Of a DNA stretch of 64,000 nt, positions 1 to 9,853 are shown one piece after another. The translations under genes were made by a program, and so were the position numbers. The DNA is from Vicinamibacterales bacterium (lineage in GTDB: Bacteria; Acidobacteriota; Vicinamibacteria; Vicinamibacterales; UBA8438), in contig CATQHX010000006.1 of the NCBI GenBank assembly GCA_958296065.1, positions 23,531 to 87,530 of the forward strand, given 5' to 3'. The notes under the pieces were generated by a model, which had not been told where the DNA came from, did no database searches, and saw only the letters and a program-made list of their open reading frames with translations. Each line of letters begins with the position of its first letter. Within the stretch, counting starts at the first letter, position 1.

Positions 1-1185
1 TAGCAAATGTTGGCGCGCTGCGCGCGAATCCCCAACCCAATGGTAATAAAGAGCCCGTCGGGTGGCCGTCATTTGCGGGAGGACCTTCTGCAGTACGGGC
101 TCGTTCAAGGCCGAGACGGTCAAGCCGCTTCTCCGGAGGTCGCTAGTATCGACAAACCCGTCGCGATCGGCCCGGAACGACCAAGTGAGCCGTGGGTAAC
201 CCAAGGCATTCCATCTCGGATGACCATCCCAAACTAGCAAGGTATCCCCCTCAAGCGAGGCATATTCATAGCTGTCGAGGACGGCTCGCCAAGTGCCCAT
301 AACAAACAGAATCGCAAGGAATACACCGCCCAAAGCGCGCTTCACGAGTCGCCGCACGTAACGGCCCGAATAGCGAAACGTCTGGATTGGCTTGCGCTCA
401 TTCAGTCCATGGTGAACGAATAGCAGAGGCTCCCGGGGATAGACACCCACGAATACGGGCTCCTGCATTCGCAGTTGAGGTAGTTCGCGTTCTATGTCTT
501 CGTTTATGCCGTCACGCAGAGCTCGAAGTAGGTCGGCCAGATATATCTGGCCAGGCGTGGAGCCTGCAATTATCCGACCGTTTAGAATGGCTATGAGGTT
601 TTTCGTGAAAAGTGTACCAACACCGTCACATTCAAGGGATGGCTGGTCAGCTTGAGACGCGCTGATTAGAATCCGATAATCGCTACCGTCAAGTCGTGCA
701 AACAAGGCTGGCGCCGTTTCGGCAAAACTGGCGCCCTCACAACAGTCAAGTATGACAAGAACGCCACGCGCGGCCGAGGCGCCCAAAATCTGTTGGAGGT
801 CGAGGGACGATACAGCTGTCGCGTCTAGATCCTGCGGGTCGGTATCGCAAGAACACAGATAGAAGCGATCGGACGCTGTAACGCCGTGGCCGGCAAAGAA
901 AAACAGCAACGTATCGCGCAGACTTTCTGCTGTCTGCTCCGCCATGGCTGCCATGCTGCGCAAGGACGTGAGAACGTTCGCACGAGTTGCGTCCTTATCT
1001 AGCAAGACTGTTATGTTCTCAGGCGAAATGGCGCAGCCGTGCGGATTGCAGAGGGCTGCCTTGAGCTCTGCGGCTTGGCGCGCCGGATACCTGAGGTCTG
1101 CCAATGCCGGCGATTGGTAGGGTCCCACGGCCACGAGTAAACAACGCGTTGTCCGCGAGATCGCGGTGCGGTCAGTAGGTTGCAT
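1..1185 (-). CDS. caspase-family (peptidase C14-like) protein followed by a TM segment; 3' end runs off the window
   Basis: Own translation of the minus strand from ATG at 1185-1183 stays open to position 1. It is absent from the ORF track because there is no stop in the window. Sequence: MQPTDRTAISRTTRCLLVAVGPYQS...DTLLFFFAGHGV...GVLVILDCCEGASF, i.e. a His (AGHG) and Cys (DCC) dyad in caspase-like spacing. A hydrophobic ALGGVFLAILFVMGTW segment follows. Confidence 0.7.
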   Translation of the reverse strand, partial: MQPTDRTAISRTTRCLLVAVGPYQSPALADLRYPARQAAELKAALCNPHGCAISPENITVLLDKDATRANVLTSLRSMAAMAEQTAESLRDTLLFFFAGHGVTASDRFYLCSCDTDPQDLDATAVSSLDLQQILGASAARGVLVILDCCEGASFAETAPALFARLDGSDYRILISASQADQPSLECDGVGTLFTKNLIAILNGRIIAGSTPGQIYLADLLRALRDGINEDIERELPQLRMQEPVFVGVYPREPLLFVHHGLNERKPIQTFRYSGRYVRRLVKRALGGVFLAILFVMGTWRAVLDSYEYASLEGDTLLVWDGHPRWNALGYPRLTWSFRADRDGFVDTSDLRRSGLTVSALNEPVLQKVLPQMTATRRALYYHWVGDSRAARQHLL

Positions 1186-1196
1186 GCGGGGAATCC

Positions 1197-1556
1197 TCAG
1201 AACCAAGGTGTCCAGAACGAGCGGCGACCGGATTGGGGCGTATCGGCCTGAGCTAGTGATCGTGGCGTGAGAACGTGGTGGTCACGTGCGCCAACGGCGT
1301 GCGTGCCTCCGGCGGCGGCACAAAATACGAGGAAGCCATTGACTATTGCCACAAAGTAGTGGGAGAACGATGCCGCCTCGCCTGCCGGGAGGGCAGCGAG
1401 AGCACCGGAAATAGTTATCGCCTGTGCGATCAGAAGCCCCAGCCACTTGGGGCCAAAACCGAAAGCGTATTGAACGCCGTTGGCAATAACCAGGGTGGCA
1501 CCCGTGGCACCAGAAAGTGTAAGCATACTCTCGAGGGTAAAGAACTCGTTCGGCAT
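1197..1556 (-). CDS. small multi-pass membrane protein (119 aa), co-oriented with and 11 nt upstream of the caspase-like gene
   Basis: ORF track 1197..1556. About three hydrophobic helices (GATGATLVIANGV, WLGLLIAQAITISGALAAL, FVAIVNGFLVFCAAAGG). GAGGGA Shine-Dalgarno-like motif about 8 nt before the ATG at 1556. Confidence 0.5.
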   Translation of the reverse strand: MPNEFFTLESMLTLSGATGATLVIANGVQYAFGFGPKWLGLLIAQAITISGALAALPAGEAASFSHYFVAIVNGFLVFCAAAGGTHAVGARDHHVLTPRSLAQADTPQSGRRSFWTPWF

Positions 1557-2125
1557 TGGCTGTTCCCTCTAGGATCGAGAAGGCGTGCAATGGTTGTGGC
1601 GCGAATCACGCATAGAGCCGTTTGGCGGCGTCCTCGAAACCGGGCCTTTCCGGCGGGGAGCGCCAGTGGCCGGAGAGGTTGAGGGCGCACCTTGGTCGAC
1701 TGCATGGAGAGCCTTAGCATAGCATAGGACGGTCTGGCGCTGGAGGGTGGCGCCGGCACGGCCGATCCGTTCGAGCGGACCCCGCCTGAAGCCCTCGCCC
1801 ACTTGCCACTGACAAGTGCGTAGAATGCCCCTTCTACACACCTTGACGAGAGGACCTGACGACCAGCGGCACAGCCACCACCGTATCTCGTGCCAGACGG
1901 CGGCCCGGTCGAATGGCGTACCACCGCGGCCAGTCCTCGGTGTCGAGCACAGCGGTCAAGCGGCAGTCGACGACGCAGGCGAGGGCCGCGATCATCCGGC
2001 AGGGCGCACGCGGCGAGATCACGGACCTCTGGAAGCCGACGTTGCGCAGTGTTTCCGGCATGTCTCCGACCGTGACTATGTCACCGCGGACGCTCCCGCA
2101 AACCGGCTCCCAATCGGTCACTTAT

Positions 2126-2461
2126 TCAGCCCAGCGCGCCGATCGCCCGGAGACGCTCGACCGTCGTCTCGCCCGCGGGCTCGCGTCCGTCGACCAGTTC
2201 GGCGGCGAGCCGCACGATCGCCTGCAGCGGCAGCGGTCGGTAGTCGGTGTGCTCCACGCAGATGTTGACGTAGCGGCCGGAGCGCAACGGCTCGTTGTTG
2301 TGGATGTGCCCGTGGACGTTGACGGTCCCCGCCGGTACGTCTCCGAGCGGGATGTGCGTGAACGCCAGCGGCGGGTCAGTGGTGACCAGCAGCGTCATCC
2401 ACGCCTCGTCGAAGCCGGTCTGCGCGACCTTGCCCCGCCTGGTGAAGTCGTGGTTGCCAGG
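2126..2461 (-). pseudogene. truncated metallophosphoesterase paralog (C-terminal half only)
   Basis: ORF 2126..2398 (PLAFTHIPL...VNVHGHIHNN) aligns with the C-terminal half of the intact gene at 2815..3570. The same frame continues upstream without a start codon through PGNHDF (2447-2461). The N-terminal DxH/GD motifs are missing. Confidence 0.55.
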
Positions 2462-2814
2462 ACCTCGAGTTGCGCCTGGTAGATTTCGTTCAGCTCGTTC
2501 GCGGTCATTATCGTCGTCGGGTCTTCAGGCTTCGGACCATCGTTGCGGTCTCGCTCGAGCGCCGCGCGTGTTGCACGGCGCATCCGCTCTTGGTGCCCTT
2601 GGTGCCGTCGCTCCATTGGAGTCCGCTTCCCGGCGTCCCTTGTGCGCCGGCCCGTCGTACAGGCGATCGGCGAGTTCCTCCATGGGCTTTGGCCCGCGCC
2701 CGGCCCGCGCGCCGGGCGGCGCCCGACGCGTAGCGCGATCCACAGGCTCCGATCGGACTCGACAGTGGCGTTCTCAGCGACGCCATTGTCCGCCTTTGCG
2801 GCGTGGCGGCCCGT

Positions 2815-3570
2815 TCACGGCATCGTAGCGGCAACGATGTCCAGCCGCTCCCGGGTGTTCCGTCCCGGCACGTCCCGTCCCTCCAGCAGCCGCCGCGCCA
2901 GGCGGCGGATGTCACTCAGCCTCGCCGGCCGGTAGCGCAGGTGTTCGACGGTGACGTTGATGTGACGGTGCCTGGTCGGCGACGCCTGGTTGTGGATGTG
3001 ACCGTGGACGTTCACGCACCCGTGGGGCACCTGCATCAGGGGCACGTGCGTGAGCGCCAGCGGTGGGTCGCCCGGTGCGAACACGGTTACCGCGGTCCGC
3101 TGAACCGCTACCTGCCGCTGCTCGTTGACCGGGTCGACGTCGTGGTTTCCGAGCACCAGCCACTTGGCGCCGGGCGCCTGTTCCCACCACTCCTGGTGGT
3201 GCTCCTGCAGGCAGCCATCGACGCTCACGTCTCCCAGGCAGATGGTGGTGTCGTCTGCCTCGGCCTCCTTGCGCCAAGCCTCGAGCAGCACGTGGTCCAT
3301 CTCGTACGGCTTCTCGAACGGCCGGTCGAAGGCCCTGATGGTGCCCATGTCGCCCAAGTGCAGGTCCGACCAGATCCAGATTGTCTCATCCGGTACTTCG
3401 CAGACGATCGGGCTGCGTTCACGGGCGTGCCGGATCAGTGATCGAACCTGCCGCTCGTCCACGGATGGGGTCTCGTCCATCGACGCGTACACCTCCGGTC
3501 GGAGCAGCAGCAGCAGCTCCTCGGCGTACAGCCTCTGCAGCCGCGCCGCAGCTGCCTCGTGCCCTCTCAT
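2815..3570 (-). CDS. metallophosphoesterase (calcineurin-like phosphoesterase), 251 aa
   Basis: The full motif set is present: WIWSDLHLGD, CLGDV, LGNHD, NVHGHIHN. Confidence 0.85.
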   Translation of the reverse strand: MRGHEAAAARLQRLYAEELLLLLRPEVYASMDETPSVDERQVRSLIRHARERSPIVCEVPDETIWIWSDLHLGDMGTIRAFDRPFEKPYEMDHVLLEAWRKEAEADDTTICLGDVSVDGCLQEHHQEWWEQAPGAKWLVLGNHDVDPVNEQRQVAVQRTAVTVFAPGDPPLALTHVPLMQVPHGCVNVHGHIHNQASPTRHRHINVTVEHLRYRPARLSDIRRLARRLLEGRDVPGRNTRERLDIVAATMP

Positions 3571-3675
3571 TGGTTCTCAGCGGTCGCCCGGTCCGTTCTC
3601 CGTGCCAGCGTTGCCATACAGTACCCTGCCGTTGTGCAAGGCCGTTTGATCACGTCGTACGGCGTGGCGCGGTTA

Positions 3676-4312
3676 CCGCTTGATGTCCTCGTTCGTCGCG
3701 ACGACGACGTCGACGACCCGAGCCTCGGCTGACAGGTGCATGTCGATCGTCCGCGCGACGGTCCCGTAGTGCTCTCCACCCTCGACGACGAACATTCGAA
3801 GTCGCAGCGCGGGGCGGCTGGATCCGACGGCCGCGCGACCTCGACCGGCTGTGGGTCGAGGCCTCAGCCGCCGACGAGGCGATGCCCGGCGCCGACGTCG
3901 GCGACCTGTCGCCGGCAGCGCGTCGGCGGTGACCTCAGGTCGTAGGCGAGATTGCTGAGCGCCTTGTAGTGCTCGGCGGTGCCGTCGGCCGCGATGACCA
4001 GCACGTCGATGTCGCTGTCGTTGTTCCAGTCGCCGCGCGCCTTCGAGCCGTAGACGATGGCGTCCTGCAGGACATCGGCGTGGCTCTCAGCGCGCGATAG
4101 ACCGTGGCCTTCAGCGCCTCCCATTTCTCCTCGGCGAGGGTTCCCGCACCTGCCCTTCGCCAACTCCTCTGGGCGCGCTCGAACCATTCGCCTGGCAGCT
4201 CCGGTTCGCCGCCGCGGACGGTCCTTCGGTCGTCGAGTCCAGCAGGCGGTGGCCCCGTGCCTGGAGCCTGCGGAACGGTTCGCCGTATTCGTGGCGTTCG
4301 TGCGGACACCAC
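3676..4312 (-). pseudogene. MNT-type nucleotidyltransferase (possibly with an N-terminal HEPN-like helix) split over several frames
   Basis: The NTase core IVYGSKARGDWNNDSDIDVLVIA lies in ORF 3864..4187. The expected preceding helix (LAEEKWEALKATVYRAL) is in a different frame (ORF 3935..4312). A typical NTase C-terminal tail (ARVVDVVVATNEDIKR, own translation, stop about 3676) is in a third frame. Confidence 0.4.
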
Positions 4313-5117
4313 TCCTCGTCGCTGCGCCGGGTTCTCGTCAGGTGGTCGGTCGGTGCTGTTCGATCTGTCGGATCAACGTTCGCGCCCACGCGGGCGTTGG
4401 CGTCGCCGGTAACCTGATTTCGCCCCTCGTGATGCGTGCGACGTGTCTGGTCACGCCGTGGCTGTTGTCGAGGTGCCTCCGGATGGCGGCGTTCACAATC
4501 CGGCCGGCTTCGAGCTGATTCCCGGCGTTGTTCCAGTCGCCGAGGTCCTGCGCGATCCGGTAGGTAGTCGACCGCGCGGACCGTCGCGTCGGTCTCCGCA
4601 TTCACGGTCGTGAAGGCATTGACAATCGCCACCACGGTGCCATTGCCGACGTGCAGCGTGTCGCCGATGCGGGCCTGCGTCAGGCGGAGCAGCCGCGGTC
4701 TTGCGGCGGTTTCCATGCTCACGCCGCGGACAGTAGCACGTCGCTCGCAAAAATGAACGCCTCTCGATCGAGCCTGCCGTTGACGACTGCCGCGACCAAC
4801 GCAGCGCGCCGAGGTCTCGCTGTCACGACTCGCTGGCGGTAACGGCGCCCGGTGAACGTGACAGACGACGATCGAGCGCCGCTGAACTTCCTCGAGACGA
4901 TTGAGCAGGAACCGCGGTTGGTGGCGGCGAGCACCCGCTCGCCGGTGCATACGTCGTCATTGGCAAGACATCGACCTCTCGCACCGCTCTGCTATGGTCT
5001 CCGGCCCGGCCCCGCGTTTCCGACCCGCGTGCGCGGGGAAGCCCGCGCATTCCGGAATGCCTCACGCGCCGCGTCGGGTCCATCCCCGCGCGTGCGGGGG
5101 GCGTGGTCATGGCGTCA

Positions 5118-5579
5118 TCAGAGCGGCGGTTTCTCGTCCGTCTCGCCCCCGGTGAAGTCGAGGATGGCCGATCGCCAGCACCAGAAGTCTCCGGCCTGCT
5201 GGCTCAGCTCCTTGAGCTCCGCGGTCGACATCCACATGAGCAGCCCGCGGCGGACCTGTTCGCCGAACTTCGGCCGCCCGTAGTTCAGCCGGCGGCAGAA
5301 CGTGCGGAACCCTTCCGGCCAAGCGCCCGGCTCGACCAGCTGCACCGGGCCGGCGACGGCCTCGCCGGCGAGCCGCCCGAGCAGCGACGGTGTCGACGCC
5401 TCGTCGTCGGCCCCGATGCGCACGGTCTCGCCGCCCATCAGGCTGGCGATGCGCGCCCCGATCCGCTCGCGCTCGGCGTTCTCGTCTGCGACCAGGAAGA
5501 CGAGCGTGAACGTCGTCCGCCCGTCGAGCAGCCGCCCGAGCCGCCGCGGGTGGTGTTCCTCGGTCTGTCTCCTCGTCAT
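5118..5579 (-). CDS. hypothetical protein (153 aa)
   Basis: ORF track. The composition is not shadow-like (balanced residues, e.g. FTLVFLVADENAERERIGARIASL, AELKELSQQAGDFWCWRSAILDF). No family recognised. Confidence 0.45.
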   Translation of the reverse strand: MTRRQTEEHHPRRLGRLLDGRTTFTLVFLVADENAERERIGARIASLMGGETVRIGADDEASTPSLLGRLAGEAVAGPVQLVEPGAWPEGFRTFCRRLNYGRPKFGEQVRRGLLMWMSTAELKELSQQAGDFWCWRSAILDFTGGETDEKPPL

Positions 5580-5779
5580 CGTCGGCTCCCGCTGCTTCCC
5601 GCCGGATCGTGGGGTGTCAACGTGAAGGAACCGTGACGAAAACTACGCCCTCCGGTGCTGATCGCCAGTGCTCCGCGCAGCTTGCCGCAACCCGCGAGGA
5701 GTGCCCCCATCCCATCGTTCTTGCACCTCCCGAACCTGACCGGGCGGAAGGCATTCTCGACATCCACCCGCCCTCCGGT

Positions 5780-6472
5780 TCAGAACCTCACCCCGAGCCC
5801 GACTGTCGCCTGAAACAGCATCCTGTACCCCACGCGGAAGTAGGCCCTCTCGCCGAGCGGCACGTCGAGGGTGACGCCGGCGCTGGGCCAGATTCCAGTG
5901 CTGCCCCAGATCGAGCCCCCGCGCCTCTCCCGGCACTTGACCCGGTCGCTTTCGGTCAGGCGCCACGCGTACACGATGCGGTCCGGATCGTAGGAGTATT
6001 CCTCCGGTGTCGGGATGACCTGCTCGATCGGGCCTTCCCGCGCCAGGCAGTCGCTGACGTGGGAGTTCCAGTAGGACACCCCGGCCAGCACGTTCAACGT
6101 GTACTCGGGGCGCTGGCGGGCTGTCCAGGCCAGCATCGCGCCGGCCTCGTGGCGTCGTGCTACCCGGAGGCTGTGCGAAAGGAGGCTCGCGTTCTGCGGG
6201 CCGCCGAGTCCGAACGGGTCGGCGTTCCCGTTGTCTCCATCGAGCGAGTACCCTCCGCGGCCCTCCGACTCGCGATAGCTGTAAAGGTAGTCGAGATGGA
6301 GTCGGAAGCGTCCCGAGCCGAACTCCACCCACGTCCAGGGCGGGCAACACTGCATGGGAACGTCGAGGTACTGGCGGTAGCCGATGGTCGCGCTGGTCCC
6401 GACGGAGACATTGGGCTGCGCAGCAGCAGCGACCGGCAGCAGAGCGAGCAGCAGACCAAGGGGTCGAATCAC
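5780..6472 (-). CDS. outer-membrane beta-barrel protein (putative)
   Basis: Signal peptide MIRPLGLLLALLPVAAAAQP. Alternating beta-strand-like pattern, Tyr/Gly-rich. Ends in ...TVGLGVRF with the terminal aromatic typical of OMPs. Confidence 0.6.
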   Translation of the reverse strand: MIRPLGLLLALLPVAAAAQPNVSVGTSATIGYRQYLDVPMQCCPPWTWVEFGSGRFRLHLDYLYSYRESEGRGGYSLDGDNGNADPFGLGGPQNASLLSHSLRVARRHEAGAMLAWTARQRPEYTLNVLAGVSYWNSHVSDCLAREGPIEQVIPTPEEYSYDPDRIVYAWRLTESDRVKCRERRGGSIWGSTGIWPSAGVTLDVPLGERAYFRVGYRMLFQATVGLGVRF

Positions 6473-6800
6473 TGTGAGCCTCCTTCACTCGGGAGTGCGC
6501 AAAGCACTTGGAGATCGGCTCATGGCGCAACCTGGCGACTGGGCGGTTCCTGACGGCCCCGGCCTTCGCACGTCGGGCACGTCGGGGACAGCGGGCACTC
6601 CCCGGCGTCTCGTCGCCATCCCAGTGCCTCCCAAGAGGAACCGCCGCGTCAAATTTCGACAGCTACTGGGACATTCCCAATTCCGGGATGGATCCCGCTT
6701 GGTCTTCGCATAGTCCGGAATATTCGGCTTCAGGACTTCTTGTGTTGCGGCGGCCGAGCCCAGGTCGTCGTCACCCCGCGAGATCCCCGCGCTGCCGACA

Positions 6801-8159
6801 ATGCTCGCCCGGGCGGGTTCGAGTCGACCGGCTGCCACTGGCGGCATCCGAACTTCGCCGCTGGTGGCCGGGCGGGAGCTCGTTCCCGGCTACACTGGCG
6901 TCGTGCGACCGTGGACCGGCGTCCGCGTCACTGCGCTGACGCTGGCGGTCCTCGTCGGTGGCCTTCCCGATACGGCCGCAACACCCGCCCAGCAAGCGCG
7001 TGTCGCGTTGGTCGGCGCCACCATCTACCCCAGCCCCACCGAGCCGCCGATCCCTGACGGCGTCGTCGTCATCGAGAACGGTCGGATCTCCGCGGTCGGG
7101 CAGAGGGATACGATGCGGGTACCGGATAGGATCGCCACGCTGGAGTGTGCTGGATCGACGATCACCGCCGGCTTCTGGAACAGCCATGTCCACTTCTTCG
7201 AAAACCAGTGGACCGACGCGGCCAACATTCCAGCCCCGCGACTCGCGGATCAGCTGCGCGCGATGCTGATGCGTTACGGCTTCACGAGCGTCTTCGACCT
7301 TTCGTCGCGGTTGGAGAACACGCGGCGCATTCGCGCCCGGATCGAGTCGGGAGAAGTTGCCGGACCACGCATTCTATCTACAGGAGCGGCGATCGTTGGT
7401 GACGGTTGGATCCCGCCGGATGACGTGCTGGTCGCCCTCGGAGTCATGCGGTTCCGGGCGCCGGTCGTTGGCGATGCGGCCGGAGCGCGCGCGGCGGCGA
7501 GGGCTTTGCTCGATGCGGGCGCCGACGGCATCAAGGTCTTTCCGGTCCAACCCTCCGCACCGTTCGCCGCGCTGACCGATGACACGATTCGCGCCGCCGT
7601 GGACGAGGCCCATCGCCACGGCAAGCCGACGTTCGCTCATCCGACGAACGCCGAGGGGTTGCTCGCCGCGGTGCGGGCTGGCATCGATGTCGTCGCCCAC
7701 ACGACGCCGCAGTCCGGTCCGTGGGACGACGCGGTGCTGGCCGCGATCGAGGGGGCAGATGTCACCCTCATCCCGACGCTGAAGGTCTGGCAACACCAAC
7801 TGCGGGATGAGCCAGCATCGGTGCGCGCTCGCTCGGCGTCGACGAGCACAGGCCAGCTCCGGGCTTGGCGCGGCGCCGGCGGCACCGTCGTCTTCGGCAC
7901 GGATGCCGGCGGCATGAACGACTACGACCCGAGCGATGAGTACGCGCTGATGGACGAGGCCGGAATGACGTTTCGAGAGATCCTTGCGGCGCTGACGACG
8001 ACGCCAGCGGCGATCTTCGGCGGGGCAGCGACGACCGGGCGCATCGCTCCGGGCCAACCGGCGGACTTGGTGGTCCTAGACGGCGATCCGTCTCAGAATG
8101 TTCGAGCGTTCGCCGACGTACGCTATACGTTGAGGGGCGGAGCGGTCGTTTACCCGTAG
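6801..8159 (+). CDS. amidohydrolase-family metallohydrolase (secreted?)
   Basis: Motifs GGRISAVG-like (ENGRISAVGQ), NSHVHF (HxH metal site), GKPTFAHP, VVAHTT, FGTDAGG. The true start is probably downstream of 6801, near the signal-like VRVTALTLAVLVGG. Confidence 0.8.
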   Translation: MLARAGSSRPAATGGIRTSPLVAGRELVPGYTGVVRPWTGVRVTALTLAVLVGGLPDTAATPAQQARVALVGATIYPSPTEPPIPDGVVVIENGRISAVGQRDTMRVPDRIATLECAGSTITAGFWNSHVHFFENQWTDAANIPAPRLADQLRAMLMRYGFTSVFDLSSRLENTRRIRARIESGEVAGPRILSTGAAIVGDGWIPPDDVLVALGVMRFRAPVVGDAAGARAAARALLDAGADGIKVFPVQPSAPFAALTDDTIRAAVDEAHRHGKPTFAHPTNAEGLLAAVRAGIDVVAHTTPQSGPWDDAVLAAIEGADVTLIPTLKVWQHQLRDEPASVRARSASTSTGQLRAWRGAGGTVVFGTDAGGMNDYDPSDEYALMDEAGMTFREILAALTTTPAAIFGGAATTGRIAPGQPADLVVLDGDPSQNVRAFADVRYTLRGGAVVYP

Positions 8160-8578
8160 CGCAGTGGGCCTGGCGAGCGGGCCAGACGGACGAGCCGCAT
8201 GAGCGGGACGAAAAGAAGCCGCCCGACGATGACCGACCCGCCCAGGAAGCCGACCGCCTTGAGGACAATCAGCAGGATCGGCCCCACGGAAATCTCGATC
8301 GCGCCCCCGGCGTCGGCCGCGTGCACCAGGCCGAGGACGATCGCCAGCACGATCAGGCCCAGGATGTCGTCCACCACCGCGGCGCCCAGGATGAGGTTCG
8401 ATTCGGGTGCATCCAGCCTGCCGATGTCCTTGAGCACGCGGGCGGTCAGCCCGACGCTGGTCGCCGCCAGCGTGGCGCCCAGAAACAGATGCACGTACCA
8501 CGCCCCGCCGCCCGGCAGGAAGACGGACGACAGCGCGTAGCCGAGCGCGACCGGGGCGATGACGCCCAGCACCGCCAC
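8150..8578 (-). pseudogene. fragment of a cation:proton antiporter (CPA/Kef-NapA type)
   Basis: The 142-aa ORF consists only of TM helices typical of CPA antiporters (LFLGATLAATSVGLTARVL, NLILGAAVVDDILGLIVLAIV). Full-length members are about 400 aa. It overlaps the amidohydrolase stop. Confidence 0.5.
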
Positions 8579-8832
8579 CGCAACCGCGGAGGCGCCAACC
8601 GCCAGGTTTCGTGTCGGAGTGCTGAAGCCTCGAGCGGCGCAGCGGGCTGTGCGAGCACACGGTTGTGGACGGTGCGCCCCCTTTGTGCCGGCCGCGATGG
8701 CTCCGTTCGTTCTGTTCAGCGGCCGTGCACCGCGTGCAGGCGCATTGTCATGCCAAGCGCCTCATCGGCGGGTGCGCCGCTTCTTCGCCATCAACGTGGC
8801 CAGCGCCACGGCCGGGCCGGGTCGCCGTTATG

Positions 8833-9129
8833 TCACGGGAAGAACACGAGCTTTACCAGCAATCCCAGGATGACCGGCCCGTACCCGAACTTGAGCAGCT
8901 TCATGTCGGATTTCAGTTCCGATTCGATGCGACTCATCTGCGTCGACAAGCGCGTGTCGAGGTTGGCGATTTCGGCTCGCACCTCGGCTTGGCCGGCCTT
9001 GAACTGGTCCGCCGTGACGTGATCGCCCTGCTCAGCTGCCGCGCGAAGGGCATCGGTGAGAGCGTCGGCCTGGGCCGGCGTGAAGTCGGCCGCGGTCAGC
9101 GAACGGGCGACGGCATGCGTGTCGAACAT
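8833..9129 (-). CDS. DUF1640 (CCDC90-like) coiled-coil protein with C-terminal TM anchor
   Basis: MFDTHAVARSLTAADFTPAQADALTDAL...EIANLDTRLSTQMSRIESELKSDMKLL then PVILGLLVKLVFF. Start moved to the ATG at 9129 (GGGAG about 12 nt upstream) rather than the ORF-track start at 9147. Confidence 0.7.
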   Translation of the reverse strand: MFDTHAVARSLTAADFTPAQADALTDALRAAAEQGDHVTADQFKAGQAEVRAEIANLDTRLSTQMSRIESELKSDMKLLKFGYGPVILGLLVKLVFFP

Positions 9130-9598
9130 CGAGCAATTCTCCCACACAACGGGGGCCGAATGGAGACCACGGCGGTCGCTACCGTTTCCTTCGCTGATTC
9201 TTGCCCGTCCGGTCCTCGCGCCGCAACACGCCGCGACTACCGCCTCTGTGGTCGTACCACGCTCGGCGATCCGGCCGGATTCTTCTTGCCTCCGACAGTT
9301 CCGGCCGGCGTTCGCGTGTTGCGGCGGTGCGTTTTGGTTTCAGTCCACTCGGCGGCGGCGAATGACCGCCTGCGGCTCTGAATCGATGGCCGACCACACG
9401 GTCCCAGCTCGGTGACAAGCGTCGCCCCTCACGATGTCTTACATCCCAGATCGGTCCGAAGTTGACACCCAAAGTGACACCCTACGGGGCGGACGCCCGT
9501 GCGATTCCTGGACACCCCTGGAAGCGAACGTCCGCGAATTCCTCAGCAAAATGCACCGTTGGACGCCACCGGACGCGGCTGGATCGGCGGAAACCGAC

Positions 9599-9643
9599 CT
9601 TTTAATCAGGGTGTCGCTGGTTCGATCCCAGCGCGGCCCACCA
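9599..9643 (+). tRNA. partial tRNA-Lys(UUU): anticodon loop to CCA end only (3' fragment, att-site-like scar)
   Basis: cttttaa|tcagg|gtgtc|gctgg ttcgatc ccagc|gcggccc a cca gives anticodon loop CU-UUU-AA, variable loop, a perfect T-arm, the acceptor 3' strand and CCA. It is nearly collinear with E. coli tRNA-Lys from the anticodon loop onward. The upstream sequence lacks the complementary acceptor strand (gggccgc), a D-arm and the 5' anticodon stem. Confidence 0.65.
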
Positions 9644-9853
9644 ATAGAATCAACAGTTTGCGAGGATCCAGGTCACATTGCGCGCCTCACCAGGGTCCAA
9701 ATAGGGTCCACCATTGACCGATATTCGCCGTCTCCCGTCCCACGGACCGCGTCGACCGGCCCCGCATCGGATTGCGTTGACCTTCGTAGTGCTGGCACGG
9801 CGACCACACGAGTGAGCGCAGCTCCAGCAGGCACCCTACCGACGGATATTCCA

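Noticed and set aside
1569-2121. ORFs 1834..2121 (-) and 1569..1841 (-) between the membrane-protein gene and the phosphoesterase fragment
   Set aside because: They are short, with no recognisable family and only a GTG start. They may be further gene remnants, but the evidence is insufficient to call them.
9568-9643. A complete tRNA-Lys gene
   Set aside because: The 5' acceptor strand (gggccgc), the D-arm and the 5' anticodon stem cannot be found. The best 5' anticodon-stem candidate, ccgac, pairs with tcagg at only 2 of 5 positions.
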